Program-made: the position numbers and the translations under genes
Assembly: GCA_046598045.1 (NCBI GenBank)
Contig: JBKJJJ010000099.1
Coordinates: 1 to 50,880, forward strand
Reading direction: 5' to 3'
DNA: 50,880 bases
From: Candidatus Eiseniibacteriota bacterium
GTDB lineage: Bacteria; Eisenbacteria; RBG-16-71-46; DASYSL01
Shown here: positions 10,266 to 17,922 of the stretch, piece after piece
Position numbering within the stretch: the stretch's first letter is position 1
Layout: each line of letters begins with the position of its first letter
Notes under the pieces: generated by a model
What the model was told of the DNA's origin: nothing
Databases searched by the model: none
Seen by the model: only the letters and a program-made list of their open reading frames with translations

Positions 10266-11006
10266 ATGTCCGCCAGGAAGCACGAGGCCCCGGGACCGTA
10301 CATGCTGTTCATGCTGGCCCTGAGCATTCTCGCAATCCTTGGGCTTGGCGTTGCGACTTTCGTACCCCTCACGCCGGCAGCCAAAGTCATTCTCGAGTAC
10401 GCAGATACGGTCGTGTGCTTCCTGTTCTTCGTCGACTTCTGCATTTCGTTGTACCGAGCACCGAGCCGGCGCTCCTACCTCTTGCGTTGGGGATGGCTGG
10501 ACCTCCTCTCAAGCATTCCAGTGATCGAGGTCCTTCGATGGGGCCGATTCGCGAGAGTCTTGCGAACCCTGCGCGTCCTGCGCGGAATTCGATCCACCAA
10601 GCTGATCACTGAGTTCATTCTTCGACGGCGCGCGGAGGGCACATTCCTCGCGGCGTCGCTCGTGGCGTTCTTGCTCATTGTGATCGCCAGCATCGCGATT
10701 CTCCAATTCGAGACCACGCCGGACGCGAACATTCGTTCGCCAGAGGACGCAGTCTGGTGGGCGGTCGTCACGATTACCACCGTTGGATATGGGGATCGCT
10801 ATCCGACCACCACCGAAGGGCGACTCATCGGAGCTCTCCTGATGATGGGCGGCGTCGGGCTCTTTGGCGTGCTCTCTGGATTCATTGCAGCGTGGTTCCT
10901 ACAACCGGCGCAGGGAGCGCAGACGTCCGAGGTCCAACTACTGGCGGATGAGGTTCGAAGCCTTCGGGAATCGATCGAGTCGAAGCTGCCGGATCGTTCT
11001 GCGTAG
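10266..11006 (+). CDS. voltage-gated potassium channel-like protein (6TM, KvAP type)
   Basis: S4 Arg repeats RWGRFARVLRTLRVLR; selectivity filter TVGYGD. Confidence 0.92.
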   Translation: MSARKHEAPGPYMLFMLALSILAILGLGVATFVPLTPAAKVILEYADTVVCFLFFVDFCISLYRAPSRRSYLLRWGWLDLLSSIPVIEVLRWGRFARVLRTLRVLRGIRSTKLITEFILRRRAEGTFLAASLVAFLLIVIASIAILQFETTPDANIRSPEDAVWWAVVTITTVGYGDRYPTTTEGRLIGALLMMGGVGLFGVLSGFIAAWFLQPAQGAQTSEVQLLADEVRSLRESIESKLPDRSA

Positions 11007-11044
11007 AGCGGCTCCACCCCGCCAACAAATCGAGGGTCACAACT

Positions 11045-11497
11045 CTAGAACACCACCCCCCGGGTCCGCCTGCGGTACGCCTCGTACTCCGGGTAGTGCG
11101 CGCTCAGCAGCGTCTCCTCGTAGCGCGCCTTGACCAGCAGGAACACGACCGACACCGCCGCCAGCACGGCCGCCGCGAGGGTCACCCCGCGCAACACGAG
11201 CCCGGCCAGGACGAGCACGATCGCGGTGTAGATCGGGTGGCGCAGCACGCGGTAGACCCCGTGGGTCACGAGCCTGGCATCCTCCCGGGGCGCGGGCGCG
11301 ATCTGGATCGACTTGCCGATGGTCTGGAGCGCGACCACGAGCAGCACGACGCCCACCAGGCACAGCCCGTCGCCCACGACCGTGAGGACCGGGTCGCCCC
11401 CCACCGTGTGCGGGCCCAGGTCGAGGAAGTACACGGCGGCGAACGCGGCGAACAGCGCCGTCTGCGCCGTGCCGTACACCCGGCTGCGCGAGCTCAC
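11045..11497 (-). CDS. isoprenylcysteine carboxyl methyltransferase (ICMT/PEMT) family protein
   Basis: LVTHGVYRVLRHPIY, EETLL...YPEYEAY. GTG start overlaps the upstream stop. Confidence 0.85.
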   Translation of the reverse strand: MSSRSRVYGTAQTALFAAFAAVYFLDLGPHTVGGDPVLTVVGDGLCLVGVVLLVVALQTIGKSIQIAPAPREDARLVTHGVYRVLRHPIYTAIVLVLAGLVLRGVTLAAAVLAAVSVVFLLVKARYEETLLSAHYPEYEAYRRRTRGVVF

Positions 11498-12345
11498 GCG
11501 GCGCCGGTGGGGTTGCCGGCGTCGGTCGTGCGCACCGGGTAGCGCCCCGCGAGCGCATTGCGCACCGCGACCTTGATCTCGTCCGAGAAGTCCTTCTGGA
11601 GAATCCAGTTCAACAGTCCGCGGTCGCTGGAGGAGAGTTCGCGCAGCGTCTTGCCCTTGGAATTGCCGAAGTTGAGCACGACCTCCTCGCCGATCCACTT
11701 GAGCTTGCCCTCGGAGTCGAACGCGTCCGGATCCGCCGCCGGCGCGCCCACGGCCGCGAGCGCCTCGACCGTGGTCGGCAGGTCCTCGTAGCGCTCGAGC
11801 TGCGCGAGGATCACGTCGCGCGAGGCCAGCATGTCGGCCTCGGCCGAGTGCGCACTCTTGAGCTCCCCGCCACAGTACAGCGCGTACGCGGCCGTCAGCG
11901 TGCGTGGCTCCTTGAAGTGGAAGATGTCCTTGCCGTCGATGACGTGCCGCCCACGGTAGTCGAAGTCGAGCTCCGCGCGCTTGAACTCCGCCGCCAGCAG
12001 CGGCAGGTCGTAGCGCCGCACGCCGAAGCCCGCGAAGTCGCAATCCAGCAGCAGGTCGAACAGGCTCCGCGCGATCTTCTCGAACGGGGGCTCGTGCGCG
12101 ACGTCGGCGTCGGTGATGTGGTGGACCTGCGTGGCGCCGGGCGGGATCGGCATGCCCGGGTTGACGCGCCGCGTGCGCACCAGCGGCTCGGGCACGTTGC
12201 CGCCCTGATCCGGCGGGAACGCCTTGAGCAGCGAGACCTCGACGATGCGATCGTTCCGCGGATCGACGCCCGTGGTCTCGAGGTCGAAGTACACGAGCGG
12301 CCGGGTCAGCACCAGCGGCCGCGCGCCACTCTCCGTCTTCGCCAT
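11494..12345 (-). CDS. DEDDh 3'-5' exonuclease (Pol III epsilon-like) with an ExoX-like C-terminal domain
   Basis: YFDLETTG, YDLPLL, AHSAEAD; C-terminal LNFG..KG..L.E.......LNWIL..DF. Confidence 0.9.
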   Translation of the reverse strand: MAKTESGARPLVLTRPLVYFDLETTGVDPRNDRIVEVSLLKAFPPDQGGNVPEPLVRTRRVNPGMPIPPGATQVHHITDADVAHEPPFEKIARSLFDLLLDCDFAGFGVRRYDLPLLAAEFKRAELDFDYRGRHVIDGKDIFHFKEPRTLTAAYALYCGGELKSAHSAEADMLASRDVILAQLERYEDLPTTVEALAAVGAPAADPDAFDSEGKLKWIGEEVVLNFGNSKGKTLRELSSSDRGLLNWILQKDFSDEIKVAVRNALAGRYPVRTTDAGNPTGAA

Positions 12346-12355
12346 GGCGATCTCC

Positions 12356-14944
12356 TCAGCGCCTGCGCGCCGGCTGCTTGCGCGCGGGCTTCTTGCGGGC
12401 CGGCTTCTTCGGCGCGAACGCCTTGAGCGCCTTTTGTGCGGCGTCCACCAGGTGGTCCCACGCCTCCTCGCGCACCAGGCGCCTGAGCGGCGCGCGCAGC
12501 CGTTTGTCCTTGAGCTTGCCCGCCGCGCCCGCTGCCGCGAGCTGCAGGAAGACCGACGGGTCCTTCATCAACTCGGCGATCGTGGGCGCGACGTGGCGCG
12601 CCTGCTCGGGCCGCGCGGCCTTCGCCTTCTTGTCGCCCGCGAGCGCGACCAGTAACCGCACTGCGGCCTCGCGCACCTCCTGCGTTTCGCCGTAGCGCAG
12701 CGAGGCATAGGCCAGGTCGAACGCGGCCGCCGGCTTCGCGATCGCGAGCGCGTCGAGCGCGGCCATGGGCACGAGGTCGCGCCAGCCCCGATCATTCATG
12801 GCCTCGGTCGCGGCCGCAAGCAATTGCGCCGATCCGGCGAACGCCAGCGCCTTGAGCGCGGTCGCCTTCACCAGGTACGAACGCTCGCGGTCGAGCGCCT
12901 CGAGCAGCGCCGTCTCGCCATCCTCGCCGAAGTGGCCGAGCGCGAACGCCGCGGCGCGGCGCGCGTGCGGGTCCTCGTCCTCGAGCAGCGCGCGCTCGAG
13001 CGCCTTGCGGGCGGCGCCGGTGGAGCCGTTGCGCGCGCCCTTCCTGCCCCGCGTCCCGTAGGCCTCGGCGAGCGCGACCGCGGCCGCCATGCGCACCTGC
13101 GGCGAGCGGTCCTTAGCCAGCGCGGCCGCGAGCGCGACGAAATTCGCGCGATCGGGCCAGGTCGCGAGCACGCGCGCGGCGCGCATGCGCTCGGGGAACT
13201 GAGTCGCCTTCGCCAGCGCCCGCCGCCAGCTTGCCGGCGTCTGGACCAGGCGGAGTCGCTTGAGCAGCCGGAACGACGGGTCGATCGCGACCCGCAGCGG
13301 CCGTCCCGCGCAGGCGAGCCGGAACGTCTGCTTCGCCTGCGTGATCTCGATCCGGTGCCTGCGCAGGCCGCGCGCGCCATCGACCTCGACCTCGATGTGG
13401 AAGCGGAACACCGGCGTGCGCTCCAGGTCCGCGAGGGACGTGTCCTGCTCCTGCTCGAGGTCGAGCACGATCCCGCCGGAGCGCCCGTCCCAGCGCCATG
13501 ACGCGGCAATTTCCGGATAGCCGGCCGCGAACACCCACTGGTCGAAGAACCCGTTGAGGTCGCGCCCGCTCGCATCCTCGAGCGCACGGCGAAACTCGTG
13601 CGTGTCGGCAAAGCCGTGCGCATGGCGCGCGAGGTAGAGCCGGGCGCCCTTGAAGAACGCCTCGTCTCCGAGCTCGTCGCGCAGCATGGTGAGCACGAGC
13701 GAGCCCTTCTCGTAGGCATGGCGGTCGAACAGGTCGGTCGCGATGCCGTAGCGGTCGGTCACGATCGGGCGGCGGTACTGCCCGAGGTCCTGCGCCACGT
13801 ACTGCGAGTACTTCTGCATGCGGTCCCACGCCGCCGAGTCCGCGCCGTGCGCCGCCTCGTCGTACAGGTTCTCGCAGAACGTGGCCCACGCCTCGTTCAG
13901 CCAGTTGTGGTGCCAGCCACGGCAGGTCACGAGGTCGCCCCACCACTGGTGCGCCAGCTCATGCGACACCAGGCCCTCGTACGACACGTCGATCGCCGCG
14001 CGCGTATCGAGCAGCGCCTTTTCCGTGAGCGTGGTCGCGCCGGCGTTCTCCATGCCGCCCCACGTGTACTCGCTGACGACGACCTGGCTGTACTCGCGCC
14101 AGGGGTAGGGCCCGAACCGGTCCGAGAACACGCGCATCATGTCGCCGGTCTTGCCGTACAGGCGCCGGGCCGCGCGCTCCTGGCCCGCGAACGCGTAGAA
14201 GCGCAGCGGCACGCCGGCCGCCTTCGCGCGCGTTTCGACATAGGGTGCGACCACGAGTGAAACCAGGTACGCGGGCTGCGGGAAGTCGTGCCGCCAGTGC
14301 CAGGTCGTGCGGTCGCCCTTCCGGCTCTTCGTCCGCGCGAGCAGCCGGCCGTTCGCCACCGTGCGGAAGTTCGAGTCCGCGGTGACCTTGATCTCGGTCG
14401 GGAACTTGTCGTTTGGGTGATCGTGCACGGGAAACCAGAACGAGCTGTCCTCGGCCTGCCCCTGCGACCATCCCTGGGCGCGCCGTGCCGGGTATGCGCC
14501 GTCCGGCCGCACGAACCAGAAGCCGGCGCGCGGCCGCGCCGAGTAGTCGATCGCGAGCACGATGGTCTCGGCCGGGCCGTACGCGCGACCCAGGCGCACG
14601 GTCAAACGCCCGTCCGCGTGCTGAAAGCGCGCGCGCTTGCCCCGCCCGACGCGCACGCGCGTGATGCGCAACTCGCGCGCGTCGAGTTCGATCGTGGCGA
14701 GGCCGGGCGCCATCGGGCGCAGCGTGAGCGTCGCGGTGCCCGCGAGCCGGGCGCGCGCGACGTCGACGTCGAGTTCGAGCGCGAGGTGCTCGAGGTGGAA
14801 GGCGCGATCGCGCACCGGCCGCCGCGGTCCGTCGAACGGATCGCTGCGGCGCTTGGGCGCGGGTTCGTAGGGATTGACGTCCAGCCCGCGGCGCGGGCTC
14901 AGGTAGAGCGGGTGGAACAGCGCATCGGGGCGACGATCGGCCAC
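12356..14944 (-). CDS. M1 family zinc aminopeptidase with C-terminal HEAT repeats
   Basis: GGMEN, HELAHQWWGDLVT...WLNE (HExxH-x18-E), AYEKG. GTG start at 14944 with GGAGGA upstream. Confidence 0.92.
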   Translation of the reverse strand: MADRRPDALFHPLYLSPRRGLDVNPYEPAPKRRSDPFDGPRRPVRDRAFHLEHLALELDVDVARARLAGTATLTLRPMAPGLATIELDARELRITRVRVGRGKRARFQHADGRLTVRLGRAYGPAETIVLAIDYSARPRAGFWFVRPDGAYPARRAQGWSQGQAEDSSFWFPVHDHPNDKFPTEIKVTADSNFRTVANGRLLARTKSRKGDRTTWHWRHDFPQPAYLVSLVVAPYVETRAKAAGVPLRFYAFAGQERAARRLYGKTGDMMRVFSDRFGPYPWREYSQVVVSEYTWGGMENAGATTLTEKALLDTRAAIDVSYEGLVSHELAHQWWGDLVTCRGWHHNWLNEAWATFCENLYDEAAHGADSAAWDRMQKYSQYVAQDLGQYRRPIVTDRYGIATDLFDRHAYEKGSLVLTMLRDELGDEAFFKGARLYLARHAHGFADTHEFRRALEDASGRDLNGFFDQWVFAAGYPEIAASWRWDGRSGGIVLDLEQEQDTSLADLERTPVFRFHIEVEVDGARGLRRHRIEITQAKQTFRLACAGRPLRVAIDPSFRLLKRLRLVQTPASWRRALAKATQFPERMRAARVLATWPDRANFVALAAALAKDRSPQVRMAAAVALAEAYGTRGRKGARNGSTGAARKALERALLEDEDPHARRAAAFALGHFGEDGETALLEALDRERSYLVKATALKALAFAGSAQLLAAATEAMNDRGWRDLVPMAALDALAIAKPAAAFDLAYASLRYGETQEVREAAVRLLVALAGDKKAKAARPEQARHVAPTIAELMKDPSVFLQLAAAGAAGKLKDKRLRAPLRRLVREEAWDHLVDAAQKALKAFAPKKPARKKPARKQPARRR

Positions 14945-14958
14945 GCAATCCTCCGAGG

Positions 14959-15891
14959 TCAGAAGCGTGCGCCCAGCGCGACCTGGTGCTGGGCGTTCAT
15001 GCCTCCGTCCGAGTCGGAGCGGAAGGCGTAGTCGAGTCGAAGGCGCTGGAGCCTGAAGCCCGCGCCCGCCGAGGGGATGATGCGCGCCGGACCGAGCTGC
15101 TCGCGCGTCACCCCACCGCGCAAGTCGAACACGCCGGGCACGACGTGGATCTCCACGCCCCCCGACAGCGCCGCCACTGTGTTGCGCTGGAACACGTAGT
15201 CGGCCTCGGCCTGCCAGAGCCGATGTGCGCGCGCGGCAATCCCGATCGTCACCTCCGCCGCGCGGTCCTCGTCGTCGCCGCCGTCGAACGTCGCGCGGCC
15301 GAACGCATTGCGGACCGCGAATGCCGCCGACCAGTGGTCCGCGAGGTCGATCGTCCCGCCGAGGTCGACGCCCCACGCGTGCGCGCCGATGTCGGCGGCG
15401 TCCGAGGTCGCCCGCTCGTAGCGCGCGGTCGCGCCGAACGCGAGGATCGCGCTCGGGGCGGCCGCGAGACCGAACGAGACCGCGGACTCGCGATACCCCG
15501 AGCCCTCGATCAGGGTCAGGTTCGTGACATCGAGGGCGGCGCCGATCTCCACGCGATACGAGCGCGACGTCTGGAGGGGCTCGGTGATCTCCCTGCCCAG
15601 CGGCAGGGACACCCCGAGGCGGCCACGCCACAGGTCGACTGCGGGGTCGACCCGGTCGTACTGCGCCGAGGCGCTCCGCCCGGCGAACGCCAGCCGCGCG
15701 GGGTTCGCGCCGAGCGCGTAGTCGTCGTCCGGCAGCACGATCGAGTGACCGCCGAGCGCGGCCGCACGCGGGCCGCCGCCCGGACGCTCGAATGCGTTCG
15801 TCGGCGCGGCTGTCGAGGTCCGCGTCGCGAACACGCATGCGAACCCTGCCAGCAATGCGAGCGCGGGCAGGACTCTGCGGCGGTTGCTCAC
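14959..15891 (-). CDS. PorV/PorQ/PorP-like outer-membrane beta-barrel
   Basis: Signal peptide; GPRAAALGG...DDDYAL..NPARLA N-terminal signature of PorV/FadL-like barrels; amphipathic strands; terminal Phe (LDYAF...HQVALGARF). Confidence 0.7.
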   Translation of the reverse strand: MSNRRRVLPALALLAGFACVFATRTSTAAPTNAFERPGGGPRAAALGGHSIVLPDDDYALGANPARLAFAGRSASAQYDRVDPAVDLWRGRLGVSLPLGREITEPLQTSRSYRVEIGAALDVTNLTLIEGSGYRESAVSFGLAAAPSAILAFGATARYERATSDAADIGAHAWGVDLGGTIDLADHWSAAFAVRNAFGRATFDGGDDEDRAAEVTIGIAARAHRLWQAEADYVFQRNTVAALSGGVEIHVVPGVFDLRGGVTREQLGPARIIPSAGAGFRLQRLRLDYAFRSDSDGGMNAQHQVALGARF

Positions 15892-17495
15892 TTGACCACC
15901 ACGATGGCCGCCTTGCTCTCCTCGACCCTGCCGTCGGCGAACGTCACGTGGAGCCGGGCGACGTACGGCCCGTCGCCCACGCCCTGGCCGGCGTCGTCCT
16001 CGAGATTCCAGGCGAGCTCGTAGTGCACCTGGAGCTGCGTCGACACCAGGCGCCGCACCGGCTGGCCGCGCAGGGTGAACAGGTCGACCACCACCGATCG
16101 CGCCGGCGAAGACAGGTTGACCGCAAATGAGTCGTTGGGGCCGAAGCGCTCCGGCGCGTGAAAGCCGACCGGCGTCTCGTAGCGCACCACGACCGGGTCG
16201 CTGACCGGCGATCGGTTGCCCGCGAGGTCGCTCGCCTCGAACGTGATCGTATTGTCCCCGACCGCCAGCGACACGCTCACGTTGATGGTGGAGATCGGGG
16301 CCACGGCGAGGCGGCTGACGAGCGTGCCGTCCCGCCGCGTGAACAGCGAATCGGCGGACACGGTCTTCACCTGCAGGATCACGTTGCTGCGGATCGTTCG
16401 CGCGGGCGCGGGCGACGCGAGCGTCGGGGCGACGGGCGGCGTGTTGTCGAGGATGACGGCCGCGGTCCGCCGCACGTGGGAGGGGATCGGAGCTCCGGCG
16501 ACATCCTGGCTGTCGGCGAACACGCGAAAGAAGTAGGCCCCGTCCGGGACCACCGCGCCCACGCTGTCGCGCCCGTCCCACACGAAGCGCTGCGCCCCCG
16601 CCGCTGCGGGCAGGTCGTTCAGCACGGTCACCGGAAGCGAGTTGTCCTCGGTGTTGGCCGCGAACACGCCGCTGCGCACGGCCACGTTCAGCCGGGTCGT
16701 CGGCGCATCGAGGTTGAACGTGACGCGCGTCGAGTCGAGCACGCCGTCCCCGTTGGGCGAAAACCTGTCCGGCAGCGCCCGGGCGTTCCCGAGGTCCGGA
16801 GTGTTGACGTAGTGCACGGTGATCGCCGTCGTCTGGGGGGAGAAGTTGAACGCCCGGTCGTAAGACTGCACGGCGAACAGGTTGTCGCCCTCGGCAAGCC
16901 GTTCCTTGATCCCGAACGTGTGGAGTTCCTGGTCGACCGCGAGCGTGTCGAACGGAACGCCCTCGCGGAACAGGATCACCGTGTCGGCGGCCGCGGACCG
17001 CCCGCTGACCACGTACGACGTGTCGGTCACCGATGTGTCGGCCGGCCCGGCGAGCACGGGGACGGGAGGCGCCGTGGTGTCGAGGTTGACGGCGATCACG
17101 GATTCGGCAACCAGGGCGCCCGCCGCGTCCCGCTGCACCAGCCGGACCGAATAGAGAGTGTCCGGCAGCGGCGCCGCGGCATCGTCGAGCCCATCCCATT
17201 CGAGCGAGTCCCGCCCGGCGGGCCGCGAGGTCCGGATGAAGTTCCGGAGCGCGGGCAGAATCGGGTTCGATCCCGAGCGGCGGACCGTGATCACGATCGA
17301 GTCCGCCGTTCCACCCAACACGGTCCAGCTCAGCAGGGTGCGGTCCCTCAGGCCATCGCCATTGGGCGAGAACGCCGACGGCGTCGCGCGAAAGCTGCTG
17401 AGGCCCGCGCGCGCCACCCGTGCGGAAGCCAGGGCAACCAGGGCGAACAGGACGAGGGCTGGGATAAGGAATCGCGGCAGGCCGAATCGAAGCAT
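15888..17495 (-). CDS. secreted Ig-like protein with repeated FlgD-like / FSPNGDG modules
   Basis: Signal peptide; two FSPNGDG motifs, three WDG/WN...G.Y FlgD-like units, DTTAPP/DNTPP Ig linkers. Confidence 0.8.
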   Translation of the reverse strand: MLRFGLPRFLIPALVLFALVALASARVARAGLSSFRATPSAFSPNGDGLRDRTLLSWTVLGGTADSIVITVRRSGSNPILPALRNFIRTSRPAGRDSLEWDGLDDAAAPLPDTLYSVRLVQRDAAGALVAESVIAVNLDTTAPPVPVLAGPADTSVTDTSYVVSGRSAAADTVILFREGVPFDTLAVDQELHTFGIKERLAEGDNLFAVQSYDRAFNFSPQTTAITVHYVNTPDLGNARALPDRFSPNGDGVLDSTRVTFNLDAPTTRLNVAVRSGVFAANTEDNSLPVTVLNDLPAAAGAQRFVWDGRDSVGAVVPDGAYFFRVFADSQDVAGAPIPSHVRRTAAVILDNTPPVAPTLASPAPARTIRSNVILQVKTVSADSLFTRRDGTLVSRLAVAPISTINVSVSLAVGDNTITFEASDLAGNRSPVSDPVVVRYETPVGFHAPERFGPNDSFAVNLSSPARSVVVDLFTLRGQPVRRLVSTQLQVHYELAWNLEDDAGQGVGDGPYVARLHVTFADGRVEESKAAIVVVK

Positions 17496-17542
17496 GGGCC
17501 GCAGTTTGTCACATCGATGGGCGGCGGGGCCAGCGGGCAAGT

Positions 17543-17573
17543 CAAAGGGCCTCTCTCGAAGGAAAGAGGCCCC
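17543..17573 (-). terminator. intrinsic terminator-like hairpin
   Basis: Minus strand GGGCCTCTTTC-cttc-GAGAGAGGCCC followed by TTTG. Confidence 0.55.
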
Positions 17574-17685
17574 TGAACACCCCGCCGGGGAATCCCCCGG
17601 GCCACTAAACCTCCGCAGCGCCGGGAGCACGATCGAGAGCCATCTTCGATGTCGGGCGCGGAGGTCTCTGCGGTTCTCAAGATGC
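17543..17685 (-). ncRNA. candidate structured small RNA or attenuator leader, family unknown
   Basis: Lies between a promoter (17692-17720) and a terminator-like hairpin; long internal stem ACCTCCGC...GCGGAGGT enclosing ATCGA/TCGAT. Confidence 0.45.
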
Positions 17686-17691
17686 ACGGAA

Positions 17692-17720
17692 ATCATAATC
17701 ACCGAGCCCGGAGTCGTCCA
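17692..17720 (-). promoter_or_regulatory. sigma70-type promoter
   Basis: TGGACG-17 nt-TATGAT on the minus strand. Confidence 0.6.
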
Positions 17721-17733
17721 GCCCGTTGTGCGC

Positions 17734-17772
17734 AAAAACAGCGAGGGGACCCAAGTGGGTCCCCGGTCGCCG
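17734..17772 (-). terminator. intrinsic terminator
   Basis: Minus strand CGGCGAccGGGGACCCA-ct-TGGGTCCCCTCGCTG followed by TTTTT. Confidence 0.65.
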
Positions 17773-17922
17773 TGCGTTGCCCGAATGGAGGTGATCAGCT
17801 TTGCTGCTGGTTCTGCTCCCTGGCCGGTAATACCCGGGTTCCCCAATCGGGTTCCCGGGTTTTCCCCGGGCGTTTGGCCTTTGCAGGGGTTTGACCCGGC
17901 CCGTCCGACCGGCGCTGGCTAG

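Noticed and set aside
5679..11006. Integron cassette array
   Set aside because: Genes overlap or nearly abut, with no attC-like repeats and no integrase in the window.
14945..15838. N-terminal extension of the M1 peptidase in the ORF track (1160 aa)
   Set aside because: The region encodes the barrel gene in another frame; a GTG with an RBS exists at 14944.
17496..17922. Resemblance to SAM-I, c-di-AMP, c-di-GMP-I, 6S or RNase P RNAs
   Set aside because: Only short fragments match (TGGCCCG, GGGGACCCA, GGTCAAACC, TCCGGGCTC); the remaining conserved cores are missing, so no family was assigned.
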